The notes: generated from the sequence alone by a model not told the origin. A stretch of DNA of 64,000 nucleotides from Candidatus Cloacimonadales bacterium (GCA_963663475.2 CAXXJV010000001.1:2272001-2336000); one strand, 5' to 3'. Counted from the first letter of the stretch, positions 37,125-52,100 are shown. Numbers and translations: made by a program.

Positions 37125-40100
37125 TTAATTCTTTTTAGACTTTGATAGAGAAGGTTTGATGATATTACCATCCCTTGTAAGGTATCTGTGAGTGTTGATA
37201 AAGTCTTCTAAAGACATTCTTTGGTTATTAACAAAACCAATAATGAAATAGAATTGTCTTGGAGCAAGTTCAGCAATATTAGAGTCTGTCCAAGTCAATT
37301 CAGTGACATTATCTCTATACTCATAGATACCATCTGCATCCAAGCAAGAATAGATTAAATAGGAAACATTGGCAACAGGTGAACCTGATATACTTTCACT
37401 AATTTCATTCCATTCTAGGATAATATCAGTATTTGACATTGAAATAAGAGGGTATTGAGGAGCAGGAAGAGGGTCATCTTGAGTAACCACGAAACCTTGT
37501 CTATTTACAATATCAGTGAAGGAACCAGTTGTCATAGTCAAAGTAACATTATAGATACCTGGTGATTGGTAAATATGTTCAGGATTACGTAAGCTACTTG
37601 AGTGACCATCTCCAAATTCCCATAAGATATCAGTAGTTGGATCATCATGACCTTCTGATTTATTATCGAAGTAGATAGGTATTCCAGGAGTATTGAATCT
37701 ACTGCTTGAATTGAAATTTGCTAGGTGGTGATGATAGTTCATACCAATATCAGCAATTGAACCATCAGGGTCTAAATCTAGGTTAGGGTTACCACCATCT
37801 ATGCAATTAGAGTGAATACTTAATTCTAAATTATGAAGATCTGAATCTGCAAATAAAGGGTCAGTATTCATATTGCCAATTCCAGGTGCATTATCAATAG
37901 CCATGGAAATATTGTTATATTCAAAAGTAGTTTCAATATCATTTCCACTGGCAAGATCTGCTTCACTAATTGGACTACCCCAAATAATATTCTGACCAAA
38001 ATAGAGAGAGCTGTTATTTGCATTAACAATCTTAGAATAAGAAAGTATATTATTATTTAAGATTTGAACATTTTGGATATCAGAAGCAAAGAGGAAGGTA
38101 GCAAGATCACCTAAGCTATTCTCTATATGATTATGATGAATCTGAGGCAAACATTCATTACCTGTAAGATCAAAAGAAACTAGGTTATCGAGGAAAGTAT
38201 TTCTCTCAATAATGGCATTATTATTGCCAGTAACTTTTAATCCACAAGCAAAGCCTGCTATTTCAGAGTTTCTAATCCAGGAGTTAGCTTGATTATTTAA
38301 AGTGATACCAACACCTAAATTTCTGCTAGTATTACTAGTATGTCTTACTCTAATATTTGTTAGGGTCGGGATAGTTTCATCAGATGAATCTAGATAAATA
38401 CCCGACATTACATTTTCAGATTCGAAGTCATGTAAATCTAAATTCAATAAACCAATACTTTTGAGAGCAAAAGCGTCAGTTCTAGAGGTATTAGTAGTGT
38501 GTCTAACTCTAATATTAGTTAAAACAGGAGTAAGAGATTCTGTACGGGAAAGATTTTCTAGGTAAATACCAGTTAAGCAATCTTCAATGAGAAGGGAATC
38601 AAGTAGAGCTTCAACCTGACCACTAATGTGGATACCAAAACCACCTAATTCTCTAGAAGTATTAGTAGTGTGGCGGACTCTAATATTAGTTAATACAGGG
38701 CTAGAGGAAGATGATGAGTAAATTGAAATTCCATCATGAACATTATCAGATTCAAAATCATCAAGAGAAAGATTTACTGAGCCTACACTATTGAGGGCTA
38801 GAGCGTCAGTCCTTGATGTATTAGTTGTATGACGAACTCTGATATTAGTTAAAACTGGAAGACTAGATTCACTTCTATTAGAGTTGTCAAAGTTCAATCC
38901 AGTGACATAATCTTCCAAAATCACATCAGACATTTGTGGAGATACATTACCCATACAGGTAATAGCAGTTCCACCTAAGTCTCTTGATGTATTAGTTGTA
39001 TGTCTTACTCTGATATTAGTGAGAGTTGGATTTATCGATTCTGAAGAATCATAGAGTATTCCATTATAGATATTATCTGATTCAAAGTCATTAAGACTCA
39101 TATTTACCTTGCCTAGAGATTTCAAGGCATACGCATTAGTCCTTGAAGTGTTAGTTGTATGTCTGACTCTTATGTTGGTTAAAGTAGGAGTAATAGCTTC
39201 TGTTCTGCTAGAATTATCAAAAATAATACCAGTGAGATAATCCTCGATTTCTAAGCTATCAATTACAGCATTAACACTTCCTGTAAATTCAAGGGCAGTA
39301 TCGGCTAATTCACGTGAAGTATTTGTTGTATGTCTTACTCTGATGTTTGTTAATACTGGACTAGGTGAAGAGTTCAAGGCATCGAAAGACATAGCCTTAG
39401 AAAAATCTTCAATTTCAATATTGCTAATGTTTGGTGAAGCATCCCCTTCTACTTTTATAGCATAAGTGTCATCTAACCTACTTGTATTAGTAGTATGTCT
39501 AACTCTTATGTTTGTAAGAACAGGAGCACTTGAACCTTGAGTAGATTTGATCTCAATAGCTTTAGCAAAATCTTCAATATCTAGATTATCAATATTGACG
39601 TTGGAGTTATGGATTTTAACAGCTATAGGATCGTTTTCTGTTCTAGAAGTATTAGTAGTATGTCTAACCCTGATATTTGTGATTACTGGAATATCTAAAG
39701 AAGCATCACCTAGTATTTCAATACCAGTGTTATATTTATCAATATCTAAGTCATCAATTATAGCTTGGCTAGGTCCAGAAATCTTTATTGCTGAATGTTC
39801 ACTATCCAGACCTTGAATAGTTAAGCCAGTTAGATTTGGGGAAGCTCCATTAATCTCGATTGCTTTTCTAGCATTTAAGATATAAGAGTTGGAAAGACTA
39901 GATATTTCGTCTGTAGAAGTAAATTTGATCCCTTCCCATTCACCTACTTGTCTTTCTTCACCAGCTACAGTTCCAAAAGTGACTCCATCTGCAATCAAGC
40001 CACCAGAAACAATAAAGTATGTATCTTCCATGATATTGATAACAGTTCCAGGCTCAATGTTTAAACTTGTACCACTTTCTACAGAAACTTGACCATAAAC

Positions 40101-43100
40101 ATTGTATGGAGACAGAGCTACTTGCCAATCACCAAAGTAATTACCACCAGGAATAGAAGTTCCTTCAACACTAATATAATTCTCATATCTTACACTATCA
40201 GAAGTTACTAGTATATCGTCTTCATCGATATAAGATACTACAAGTGATACTGAATATTCCCCCCCAATATTATAGTTGATACTTGGGTTTTGGAGATATG
40301 AATCTGGCACATCATCATTATCTAAATACCAAACCCAATGATTTGGATTACCTTGGGTTAAATCAGTAAATTGAACAGTTTGTCCTGAAAGAATTTCTGT
40401 ATTATCAGCAGTAAATTCAGCATTAAAGGAATCAGTTATTGTAATATCAATATCCTGTGAAGTAACTAGTCTGCCTGAACCATCACTTACATTTACTGTC
40501 AATGTTTCTGTTCCTGCCCAATCTTGAGGAGCATAGAAGGTAACTTCAAGACCTAGAATATTGTAAGTTACATGTTCATTATTATCAATACTTAAACTCA
40601 ACAATGATAAGCTTTGCTCAGGATCATAAACATGATTTGCAAAATCTATCACTTGTCTGGTAGTTTGTAAGATAGTAATAGACTCTGGAAGTTCTATGAA
40701 GTATGGAGCATCGGCAACATCGACAACTGTAACAGTAATAACATCACTCACAATACCTTGGTGATTGTCGGAAGCTGTGAAAGTTAATTCTTCAATTCCA
40801 AACCAATCTTGATTAGGTGCTAGAGTTACTATGCCATTAGTGATGCTTACATGAATATTATGATTACCAGATACTGTGAAGATGAGATTATCATTATCAC
40901 CATCACTGAAATATGTTCTTAAGTCAATCTCTTGGTTAATAGCATCCTCTTCCATTACTATATTAGGTATTGGTGAGGTTAACACAGGAATAGTATTTAT
41001 TACACTTATATAGTTATTTCTAAGAAGTGAATGACTTTCACCATTTTCGTTTTCTACAGTTAGTCTTACTGAATAACTTCCTCTATTTTCATAAGTATAG
41101 CTAGGATGAATCTCATAACTATCAACTATGCCATCGTTGTGGAAATCCCATTGATATTCACTTATCTGGGAACCGTCAGAAGTTTGAGCTAAGTTAGTGA
41201 AGGTAACTTCAAGCTCTTTTGGTCCACTAAGTGGAGTAGCTGTGAAGTTAGCTGTAATCAATCTCTCTGTTACTGTCATGGTTACATAGATTAATAAAGT
41301 TGAATTATCTGGGTCATCAGAATTAACTTGTACAATAGCGTTATAGTTTCCTTCAGTTAAATCGTAAGCAGAAAAACTTAGTTCAACTTCTTCACTTAAA
41401 CCTTGAGGAATAGTTAATGAAGTTGGTTCAACACTTAACCAGGAAGTTCCACTTACCCTTATAGATGAGATATGCAAATTACTATTCCCAGCGTTTGTTA
41501 TAGTGAATTGACCACTATCTGTTCCAAAGCGTGGTATAGTTGTAGCTATTGAAGTAGTTGAAAGCTCAATTTGAGGAGCTTCTATAGCTGTGGCACTTAA
41601 GGTAATGATTTGACTTTGGTTATTTGGGTCGTTAGACTCAATAATTAAGTTCTCAGTGAAAGTTCCAGCTTCAGAACTTTCAAAGGTTACAGTAATTGTT
41701 TCACTTTCTCCATTTTGAAGTACAAATGCTCTGTTAACTACACTGAAGAAACCATTTGAAGTTGTAAGTGAAGAAATACTAAGAGGGGCATAACCTTGAT
41801 TAGTTATCTGAATATTTTTCATTTTTGGATAACCAATATAGTTGCTTCCAAAATTGATTTCATTATTCACACTTAGAACTGGGTCTCCTGAAAGAATATT
41901 GAAATTAGTAGTTCTTTCACTTTGTTTTATATTTGTTGCAACATCATAGATGGCAAGCTTAACACTATAAGTGCCAATTTCACTATCAGGAGGTAAGTCT
42001 AAGTTTGCACTTGTTTGCTGATTTGATGTTACAGACAGATTAAGAGTCTCTTGATAGGTGTCAATCACTTGTAAATCTGGATTCAACAATTCATATTCAG
42101 CTCTGACAGCTTGATTATAAAGCTGAGTAGTTATGATAGAATTAACTTGAACTTCTTCTCCAGGATAATAGTTTGATCTATTCAAATTTAAAGAACTTAT
42201 AGTAGCATAAATCGGAGCTTGATTAAAGACAAACTGACCCCAAATTATTCTTGAATAACCAGAATCTGTACTATTAACATCTAATGAAATCTCAATCTCA
42301 TTAGCAACATTTTCTCCTAAGTTAATTAATTCAGGATTAATCATAAATTCTGTAATACTGTAATTGTTATTGCTGCCAACAAGTTGACCAACCCAAGTAC
42401 CATTTACAAAGACATAATTGATTTCTCCTGAGTCGATATCATAAGCTCTGATTCTTAATTTGGCGTAGTCAACCTCAGACTCATTAGTATAAATAAAGAA
42501 TTCTACAGGAGCATTTGGTGAATTCTCACTAATATTTATCCCAAGATCATTATCAGTAGTTTCTACAAAATCATTGCCAGCATTATCAGTATCGGTGAAG
42601 TTAAAGTTAGAATGATTAAGAATCATAGGTAGAGATAATTCTGAATTATCAGGGTCATTACTTGTAATAGTGAAATTAGCAAAATATGAGCCATAGTCTA
42701 TGTTCCTGGTATCTAGGGTTAGATTTATGGTAGCAGAAGCACCAGCTTCTATACTTCCTGAAGCAGGATTAGCAGTAATCCAAGGAAGCGCTAATGTCTC
42801 GGTAGAGAGAGAATAATCTAGTTGAGCTTGTCCTTCATTGCTGATAACTAATTCATCATAATAAAGAGTGTTATCCAGAATAAACCAATCTAGGGATGTT
42901 TTGTTTATAGTAATCTGCGGAACATTAACTCCACTACCACTCATATTTATTTCTAGACTGCTTTCATTATTTGCATTTGAAGTAATAGTCAAAACAGCTG
43001 TTTCTTCAGTATCACCTGTTGGAGTATATCTAACAAGCATTACTCTGTTATTACCAGGTTGGATATTGATAGGACTGTTCAAAGTTGGAAGAGACATTGA

Positions 43101-46100
43101 AACAAAATCAGGGTGTGAAGAACCGATATTGGTAATTCTCAATATTCCAGTTCCTTGATTGTAAAGAGTATATTCCAATTCTCTGTAATTTCCTACATTG
43201 ACTTGCGAGAAGTCTAAATTATCAGTTGATACCAATATTTCAGCAGTCGCTTCAACACCGTAACCTGTCAAAGCAACATGGTCTTCCCCATTCTCATCAT
43301 TACTAAGAATAGTTACACTTGCAGTCTTTGCACCTTGACTTAAAGGTGTGAAGGATACAGTAACACTTCTAGATGCTTCAGGAGCAAGGGTAAAGGATGG
43401 AGGACTTACTAAGAATTCATTACTTTCAAGGCTAACCGAAGATACTTGTAAAATAGAAGATCCAGTGTTAGAAACAGTAAATGTCTGATTTGCTGAGTTT
43501 CCAATCAAGACTGAAGCAAAGTCAATATCTGTCTCAGAAACTGAAATACTTGGATTACCTGATACATTTAGTTGAACAGGGATTTCTTGACTGCCTTGAG
43601 GGTCATTACTATTCACCAGCAATAAGGCTGAGTAATTTCCTGCATATACATCAGCTGCTGATAGATTTACTGTTACAGTTTGACTAGTTCCTGGATTAAT
43701 GTCTCCGGAAGTTGGAGTCAAACTTAACCAATCATTTGCTTCAACACTCCTACTTCTGCTATTATCATCACTTCTACTCCCTCCATTAATCATTATCTCA
43801 TAGGAAAGTGTTCTATCTCCAGAGTTTGAGATAATTAGCTCTCTATCTTCACTTTGTCCGTACTCTAATGATGAAACAATATTTTCAATAGATAAACCTA
43901 TGATTGGTGGTAGATAACCTTGTCCATTTAGATTAACTGATACTAATCCAATATTGGTTTGAATATCCATTATAGCATCAAATTCAATGTTGTTATCAGG
44001 ACTAAATTCAACATTAATATCGCTTGATGCTCCAGGTGCTAAAGAGCTTATATTTGTATTTGTTGTGAATATTCCAAGCGGTGTGAAAGTAATTGATTCA
44101 ATGGCTAGATCATCGCTTCCTATATTGCTAAGGCTTATACTCTGAATATCTGAATAACCGACTGCAACTTCACCGAAATTAATCTGACTGTCACTAATCT
44201 CATACTCAGGATAACCTTGAACACGCATAGTTACAGGAAGATTAATTAATGAATTCTGTGGTACATTAGATGTTAATCTAACACTTCCACTATAATCACC
44301 ACCATAAATACCTGTAGGATTAAAGGTAATATTGATGTCTTGATAATGGCCAGGTGCAATAGTTCCTGAAGTATTATCAGTAGATAACCAACGACCATCA
44401 TCTACTTGGAAAAGAGGACCAGAAACATCACTTATCCATAGATCTTTGCCATTGCTGGTAAAGGAGTAGATTACATCGTTATCCCAGAATGAATTCTCTT
44501 CTGTAACTACAATTGAGCTATTTACTAATTGTAGTTGAAGAATCTTTCCACCAATAATTACCTCATCTTCAATTGTATTCTGTAAAGCCCATAGTTCATT
44601 GTTATAATAGTCTTCTACCCAAACTAACTGGCTAATATTCATACCTAGGTAAGCACTATATGTCTCGAGAATATCACCATTGTGAGCAACTCGATAAATA
44701 CTTGACACAGGATTATCTCCAAATGCTCGGCTAATTAAGAAACTATCCCCCATATAGGTAAGAGCAGGGAAGTAATCAACAGGTGAGGAGAAGGATGCAA
44801 TAGGAGGATTTGTAGAAGTATTCAAGGTTGTTGGGTCGTAACAATAAACATTACCTGATTGATTACCAATCCAGAAATAGGTACCGTCATAAGTAATTCC
44901 ATAAGGCAAAGTATGAATAGGATAACTTTCGGTAATTTGATAAGTTTCTAAATCGTACTTAAGCAATCTTCCTGTAGCTTGAACTTCATTATCACGGTTA
45001 AAATCAACAATATATAGTTCATTATTTAACCAGTATAGTCCAGCATTCCAAGCAGGCATATTTGGATATGTAGCTATCTGATCACCAAGGAATCTATTAG
45101 CTTCACTTGTCACTAAATTTTGATATGGTAAGTCATTTATGACTATATTTCGGCTTTGGTCTGCAAAGAAACCCATTTCTCTTAACTCATAGTCATTAAT
45201 AAAATTCTCTTCACGTGAATTTACTTCATCAAGAGCAAGAGAATAAATTAAATTTGAACCACCGTTGTTAGTCAGCCTAAGAACTTGGCTTTCTTCTTCG
45301 TCTACTGTGAGATTAGCAAGAAGGGAAGCAGGATTGACTTCAAATGTTGGTTCTCCTTCAGCAATACCTGATAATTGAATTATATATTCACTATTAGCTA
45401 TATCATTAGAGTAAATAGTCATTTGAGCTGTTTTCACACCGCTGGATAGTGGAGTAAAACTTATGCTAATACTTTGACTTGTTAAAGGTTCAATACTTAT
45501 CTGGGTTTCTGTTACAGAGAAATCACTACTATTAAACATAATATTGTTTATTTCTAAGTCTGAAGAACCTGCATTTGCTAATTCAATCTCTTCAGTGAGA
45601 GTTTGTCCAATAAAGCATGTAGCAAAATCAAGCTCATTCTCAGATGATACTAACACAGCTTGTCCGATAACATCTAAGATAACATAAATTTCTGAGCTTG
45701 GCGTTTCTGCATCGTTACTATGAATATCTAGAACTGCTTCATATCTGCCTGCCATGAGATTCCTAGCATTATATTCTAAAGTAACAATTTGGTTTTCACC
45801 TTCTACTAATGAACCTGAATCAGGACTTACAGTTAACCAGTTAAACTCATGGATATTGTCTTCTATTCTGTATAATTTCGAATCAGTCTCTGAATCAGGA
45901 GCAATCCATAAATCTCTGCCATTATGGGCTAGGGCATAAGAAGTACCACTAAATTCATTATAGCTAATCTGCTTCAATAAACTTCCATCTGTAGGATTTA
46001 ATTGTCTAATCTTATGAGCAGAATAATCAAGCGCCCAAAGTTCTCCACCTGTGTGGTCAGCAACCCAAACTATCTGATTCATCTTGCCATTAAAATTAGT

Positions 46101-49100
46101 ATCTATAGTACTAATAACGCTACCATCAGTATCTAAAGTATAGATTTGAGGATTATTAACTGAAGAAGGAGAGATAATAAAGTTTTCTCCATTCCATGTC
46201 ATTGCATAATTACCTGTAAGAATACTGTTAAATTGATCTACCTGATTACCAGCTAAGTCATAAGCATAGAAGGTACTTGAAGATGAGCCTATCCATAAAT
46301 ATGTTCCGTCATAAGTAATCCCGAATGGTGAAGAGTGAATAGGATATTGAGCTATTACGCTTTCATTGCTAATGTCATATTTATATAACTTATTTTGGCT
46401 ATAAGAAATAATATACAAGTATCCATCTACCCAAACCATACCTTTATTACTGTTAGGAAGATTATCAAAGACACCAGATACTACATCACGATCTAAGACT
46501 TCTATAAGCTCAATATCAAAGTTAAGTTCTTCTCCTTGAATATTGCTTATAGTTAACTCTTGATTTGTTACCTGACCACTGTTAACAGTAGCTGAGAAGG
46601 AAGATGTGGATAAGGCGATTTGAGGAGTATAAACCCCATTACCAGTTATCTCAAGACTTCTCACTGCATTACCTGGTAAGTTAGTAGTAAAGGTAAATTG
46701 ACCTGAATAAACCCTTTCTGCTTCTGGAGTGAAATTAATAATGATTCTTTGGCTTTCATTTGCTTGAATACTTAACTGAGTAACTTCAGTAGTGAAGACA
46801 TCCTCTGATATGTTAAAATTACTAAGATTTAGAACATCACTTCCTGTATTGGTAATTAAGACAGATAGGGTATCAGAGTAACCTATATAGCTATTAGCAA
46901 AGTCAAGAGTCTCAGGAGTGATTACTATATTAGGAATACCTGTAACATTTACAGTTAGTGGGATTTCTATAATACTCTCATCAGGGTCATTAGAAGTCAT
47001 TTCTATTACTTGGTTATAAGTTCCTCCAATAATATCAGAAGCATCTAAATTAATATTGAGAGAAGTTAGGTTTCCTGGTCCAAGTTGACCTGAAGTGTTA
47101 GAGAATGAAATCCAGCTGGGAATGGTAGAGACATTACTTTCTGAAATCCCAGCATTACCATAAATAACACCAGTTGTTTGATAAGAAGAACCATCACGAA
47201 GGTCTTCTTGATCGAAGTTCCAGTAACCACCTAAATTCTGTTCATTACCTAATAATCTAACATTTCGGTAGTTAGCAATTTCAGTATGACTTCTAGCAGA
47301 TTCCCAAATTCTGAATTCATCAATGCCTCCATCAAAGCGATACCAGTTAGAACCAGTTTCACTCATCTTTCCCAATATCCAGGGGGCATAATTACCAGTG
47401 AAATTAACTACTTCTTCTTGAGTAATCTGATTGCCATCTAGATAAACGGTCATGATATTATCATTGTAAGTTACTGCTACATGATACCATTGATGAAGTT
47501 CAATATTATTAGCTACTAAGAATTCTCTATTGCTTCCATTGTTAAGAGCAACTTTAAGATTCTTATCACTTTCTTGATTATCTATTCCATCAGTATAAAT
47601 ACCAAATGAACCAGTCTGTGAAGATACAGATTTACTAACTATGCATTGCTTACCACCATTATAGATAGAACCATTAGAACTTTGACCAAGGTTAGAATCA
47701 ACTTTAAACCATAGTTCAACACTAAAGCTTCCTCCGTAGAGTTGAATAGGAGCTCTATTTCTTATATATCCATAATCAACGCTTGGAGAGTTAAATCCAT
47801 CTACTTCAAACATCATTCCAAAGTTATCTTTGATGTTCCAGGTTAATTCATTTCCTCCAGTATTACTTATCTCCAGATTTTCACTAATATTCTCACCTAC
47901 ACTCATAGCAATTTCGATGTCATTAGGAGCATAAGTTACTTGAGGAGCAATTGAACCCTGTCCAGAAACACTGATTACGAAGTTTGGTTGGTTATCAGCA
48001 TTACTGATAATTGTGATATTACCTGAGTATTGTTGAACAGCAAAAGGTTCAAACGTTACATTAACAAGAAGCTCTTCATTCGTATTTATAATAGCTCCTG
48101 CCAGATTATCATCCACAATAAAGTATTGATTATCAGAAATGATATTAGTAATTTCCAGTGGAGCAGGTCCTACATTTCTAATAGTAACTTCTTGGCTTTC
48201 TGGTACAATAGTATAGACATTACCAAAATCAAGAGAAGTATGAGAAACTTCAATATATGGAACATTCTCTATACCAATACCAGTTAAAGCTATAAGGAAA
48301 GCTGGAGTATTTGAAGCATTACTTATAATAGTCAAATTACCTTCCACTTGCCCTAGAGAGCTTGGAGTAAAAGAAATTATTATATTCTGCGATTCATTAT
48401 ATCCTATAGTTGTAGAAGTAATATTTGAAATAAAGTTTGCATGATCACTTGAAATTTCTGAAATAACTAAATCAGCATGCCCAGTATTAGTTATTGTTAT
48501 GATTTCTTGGCTTGTTTCATTTTCTAATACTGGTCCGAAATCTATAGTGTTAGTTTCAACAAAAATCTCAGATTCATAGGGTTTTACTTCAAAATTACTG
48601 GTGAATAAAGCTTGCTGAATATTGCTATTATTATCATATACTATTACTTGAAGCTCATAAATACCAGGACTATAATGGTCAGCAATTTCTAATGATTCGC
48701 TAAAAGCATCACTTTGACTTCCAATTATTGTTAAAACACGTGATGTACCTGTTACAATAGTGTCCCAAGGAGAATAGATAGTGGTCTCTACTCTAATCTC
48801 TTGATTCGCAAGATTAGTATCAATCTCTTCAGTAACACCAACATTTGCTCCCGCATAATAAGAAGTTTGATCTAAATCGATATATCTAATAGAAGCATTT
48901 AGACTTGTATTATCATAGCTTAACTGGCCCCAATCTACCTTGATAGAATTTCCGACAAAGTCACTGTCTACTTCTATCTCGACCTTGTTTACTAAACTAC
49001 CATCTAAATAACTGGGTTGAACTTCAAATAAAGTTGTTGTCCATGTATCACTTAATCCTCTTAATTCACCTAAAATATAATTATTAAGATAAACTCTATG

Positions 49101-52100
49101 AACTCCACCACCTGCATTATCGACATTCCAAGCTCTAAGGCTTAGTTTAACAGTCTCTGGATTAGGATTGTTACTAAAGATGTTAAATTCTATTGGTGCA
49201 TTAGCACTGTTATAACCAACAAGAACATCTAAGTCATTATCACTAACACCTAGACCACTGTTGTCATCATTATCAAAATCTGTAACATTATAGACTTGTC
49301 TGACAAGTTGTAAGTTAACATTTGTTACTGGGCTACCAGGCACATTACTGTTAACAGAAAATGAGCTGTCATAGATACCAGCTACTAAATTAATTGGATT
49401 AACTGTTATGGTAACTACTTGCTCACCAGCTGCTTCTAACTGCCCCATAAACGGATTAAAACTAACCCAGTTATCATCTGATTCAAGGTTATATTCTAGT
49501 GTTGAAGCACCGTTGTTTCTAATAAGAATTGTCTCTGTATCAAGACCACTGCCAAGAACATAGAATTCCAAGTCTTGACCAATTACCTCAATTTCTGGAG
49601 GATTTATTGCTTGGGCAAAAAGAGAAAGAACTAAAGGATTATGAAGATAATCAGTAGAATATATGTTTAAAGAAGCATCATCATTCCCTATGGTTTCTGG
49701 ATTAAAGCTTACTTCTATTGTTCTACTTTGACCAACAGGTATAACAAAATTGTTATAATTAACTGAATAATAATTACCAGTTGAGCTGATATTATTAATT
49801 GTTAATGTTGAAGATCCCGTATTATTGATTACTAAAGGTAATACTTGATTACTGTTAACGAAAACCTGACCAAAATCAAGTGAATTAGTAGAAACAGATA
49901 TTTCAGGTAAACCTAAAACTGTAAAAGTAACAGGTACTTCTATAAATTCCTGATTAGGGTTGTTATGATTAAATAAGATATTGGCATGATAGACACCTGC
50001 ATTTAAATCTGAAGCAGAGAATGTTATGTCAACTACTTGGTTTTCATCGACTTCAATATTACCAGAACTAGTGGCGATATCAAGCCATTCGGCAAGTCCA
50101 CTTTCTTGATAAGTGACAGATTCAAGTCCCCATTCTAAGGAACCTAGACCATTATTCTCAATTGTGAAAGTACTTGGGAAAGTCTCACCAGTTAAAACAG
50201 AAATAGTGAAGTTTTCTGGACTTACACTCATCTCAGGAGTTGGCCAAATATCTACCATAAAACTTAGGCTTATCTGATCAGAATGGTTATTATAAGCAGT
50301 TAATTCAATTTCAGCACTACCAAACATGTCTTCAGTAAAGCTCAAAGTTAAATTCATATCACTTATACTAGTTGTTACCAGCTCTTCGAAAGTATTTAGG
50401 GTTATTTCATAAGAGGTTATCTGACTATCAACATCGTAAAATCTTTCAGCTAGGTTAATCTCAAGGTCGGGACTATTCATAGGTTCATAGACATTATCAA
50501 TTGGATTATTCACAGACATTGGGTCATCTATCGAAGTAACAATTACCTCAATATTATCAGAAGCAATAGCTCGTGTTCTTCCAACATTAACTCTAGAAAT
50601 CCCATCTCCTGCTTGGTCATCTACTGTGAAGTATAAGACCTCGCTACCAAACCAATCAGGCATTGCAGAAAAGGTAACCATAAAACCATCAATCTCAGTA
50701 TAAATATTACTACTTTCTTCACAAGTTAATATAAGTTGATCATCCTCATCAATATCAGTTATATACTCAGAGAAATCTACATCTAAAGTAGTGTCTTCTT
50801 CAAAAGTGAATAATTCTGGAAGATTAATGTTTGGGTTATGATTAATAGCATTAACCCTAATATAATCTTCTTTAGTTTCTGTAACTGAACCGCTATCATT
50901 ACTGATAGTCAAAGAGACAGTATAGCTTCCTGGTTCTTGATAAACATGGTATGGATTTTCTTCAAGAGAAGAAGTTCCATCTCCAAAATCCCATAAGTAG
51001 GAATTACTATTACCAATTGATTGGTTAGTAAAAATCAACTCATCATATTGAGTACATATTGTTTCAGAAGCAATAAAGGCAGGATTTAAATTAATATATG
51101 CAAATATATAGTTGCTTCCATACCAAGAGCCTAAAGATATTAGATAATTATCAATATTATCATGAGCCATATAATTACCAGGTTTATTATGTTCATGACG
51201 TGAAGCATAATAATACCTAGAACTATTATAACTTGGGTCACCATTTCTTTTTACATAAGCTGAACTTCCATGATCTTCTAAACCTAAACTATCATACAAT
51301 ACTAGCAAGTCTTCACCGCGGTTATGATAAGCAACTAAATCGTACCAATCAGCTACCCTATAATCATTTCCAAGCAAGTTGTTGATAATTTCATCCCAAT
51401 TGGAATCATCTTCATAAGCTAATGTTGTTCTAGCAAAGTTATTGTAAAGATAGCTACTATTGAGAACAGTTATATAGTCTTCTTTCACTTCTGTAACACT
51501 ATCATCGCCCTCAAAAATAGTTAAAGAAACACTATAGCTACCTGCTTGTGTGTAGGTATGTAGTGGATTAGACTCGTTTGAAAAATTACCATCTCCGAAA
51601 TCCCAATAATAAGTTACATCACCTTGAGTGGAAAGATTAGTAAATTGGACTTCTTGGCCTGTGATAACTTGCAGATTATCAGTTGAAAAATCAGCTATAA
51701 GTTGATGAACAGTCACATTAACCCTATTGGAAGGATTAGAATCAACAGCTCCATAAACTTGGGTAACATAATATTCATATGATCCATTAGGTAAGTCATA
51801 ATCAACATAAGTCATAGTTTGAGCATCAAGACTAGCAATCAGAGATTCATCACGATAAACTTTATAGCCTGTCAAATCTCTTGTATTAGAGGAGTAGTCG
51901 GTCGAACTAGCAATTGGTCTTGTATAGCTAGCTAGAAGACTTTGCTTTTTACTATTAGCCTTTGATGTTAGCTGATATAGAGGTTGATAGTTTGAAACTA
52001 GTCTATCTTGTCCTGAATAGGAAGCGAAGGCTTTAATATTAAAGTTTACAGTTAATGATGAACTAAGATTATGGAGATAATCCCAATTTGAGCTATCATT

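Noticed and set aside
38322-39680. Regularly spaced repeats as a CRISPR array
   Set aside because: The repeats are conserved as amino acids with synonymous DNA variation, lie in frame in a CDS, have 120-132-nt spacers, and no cas genes are present
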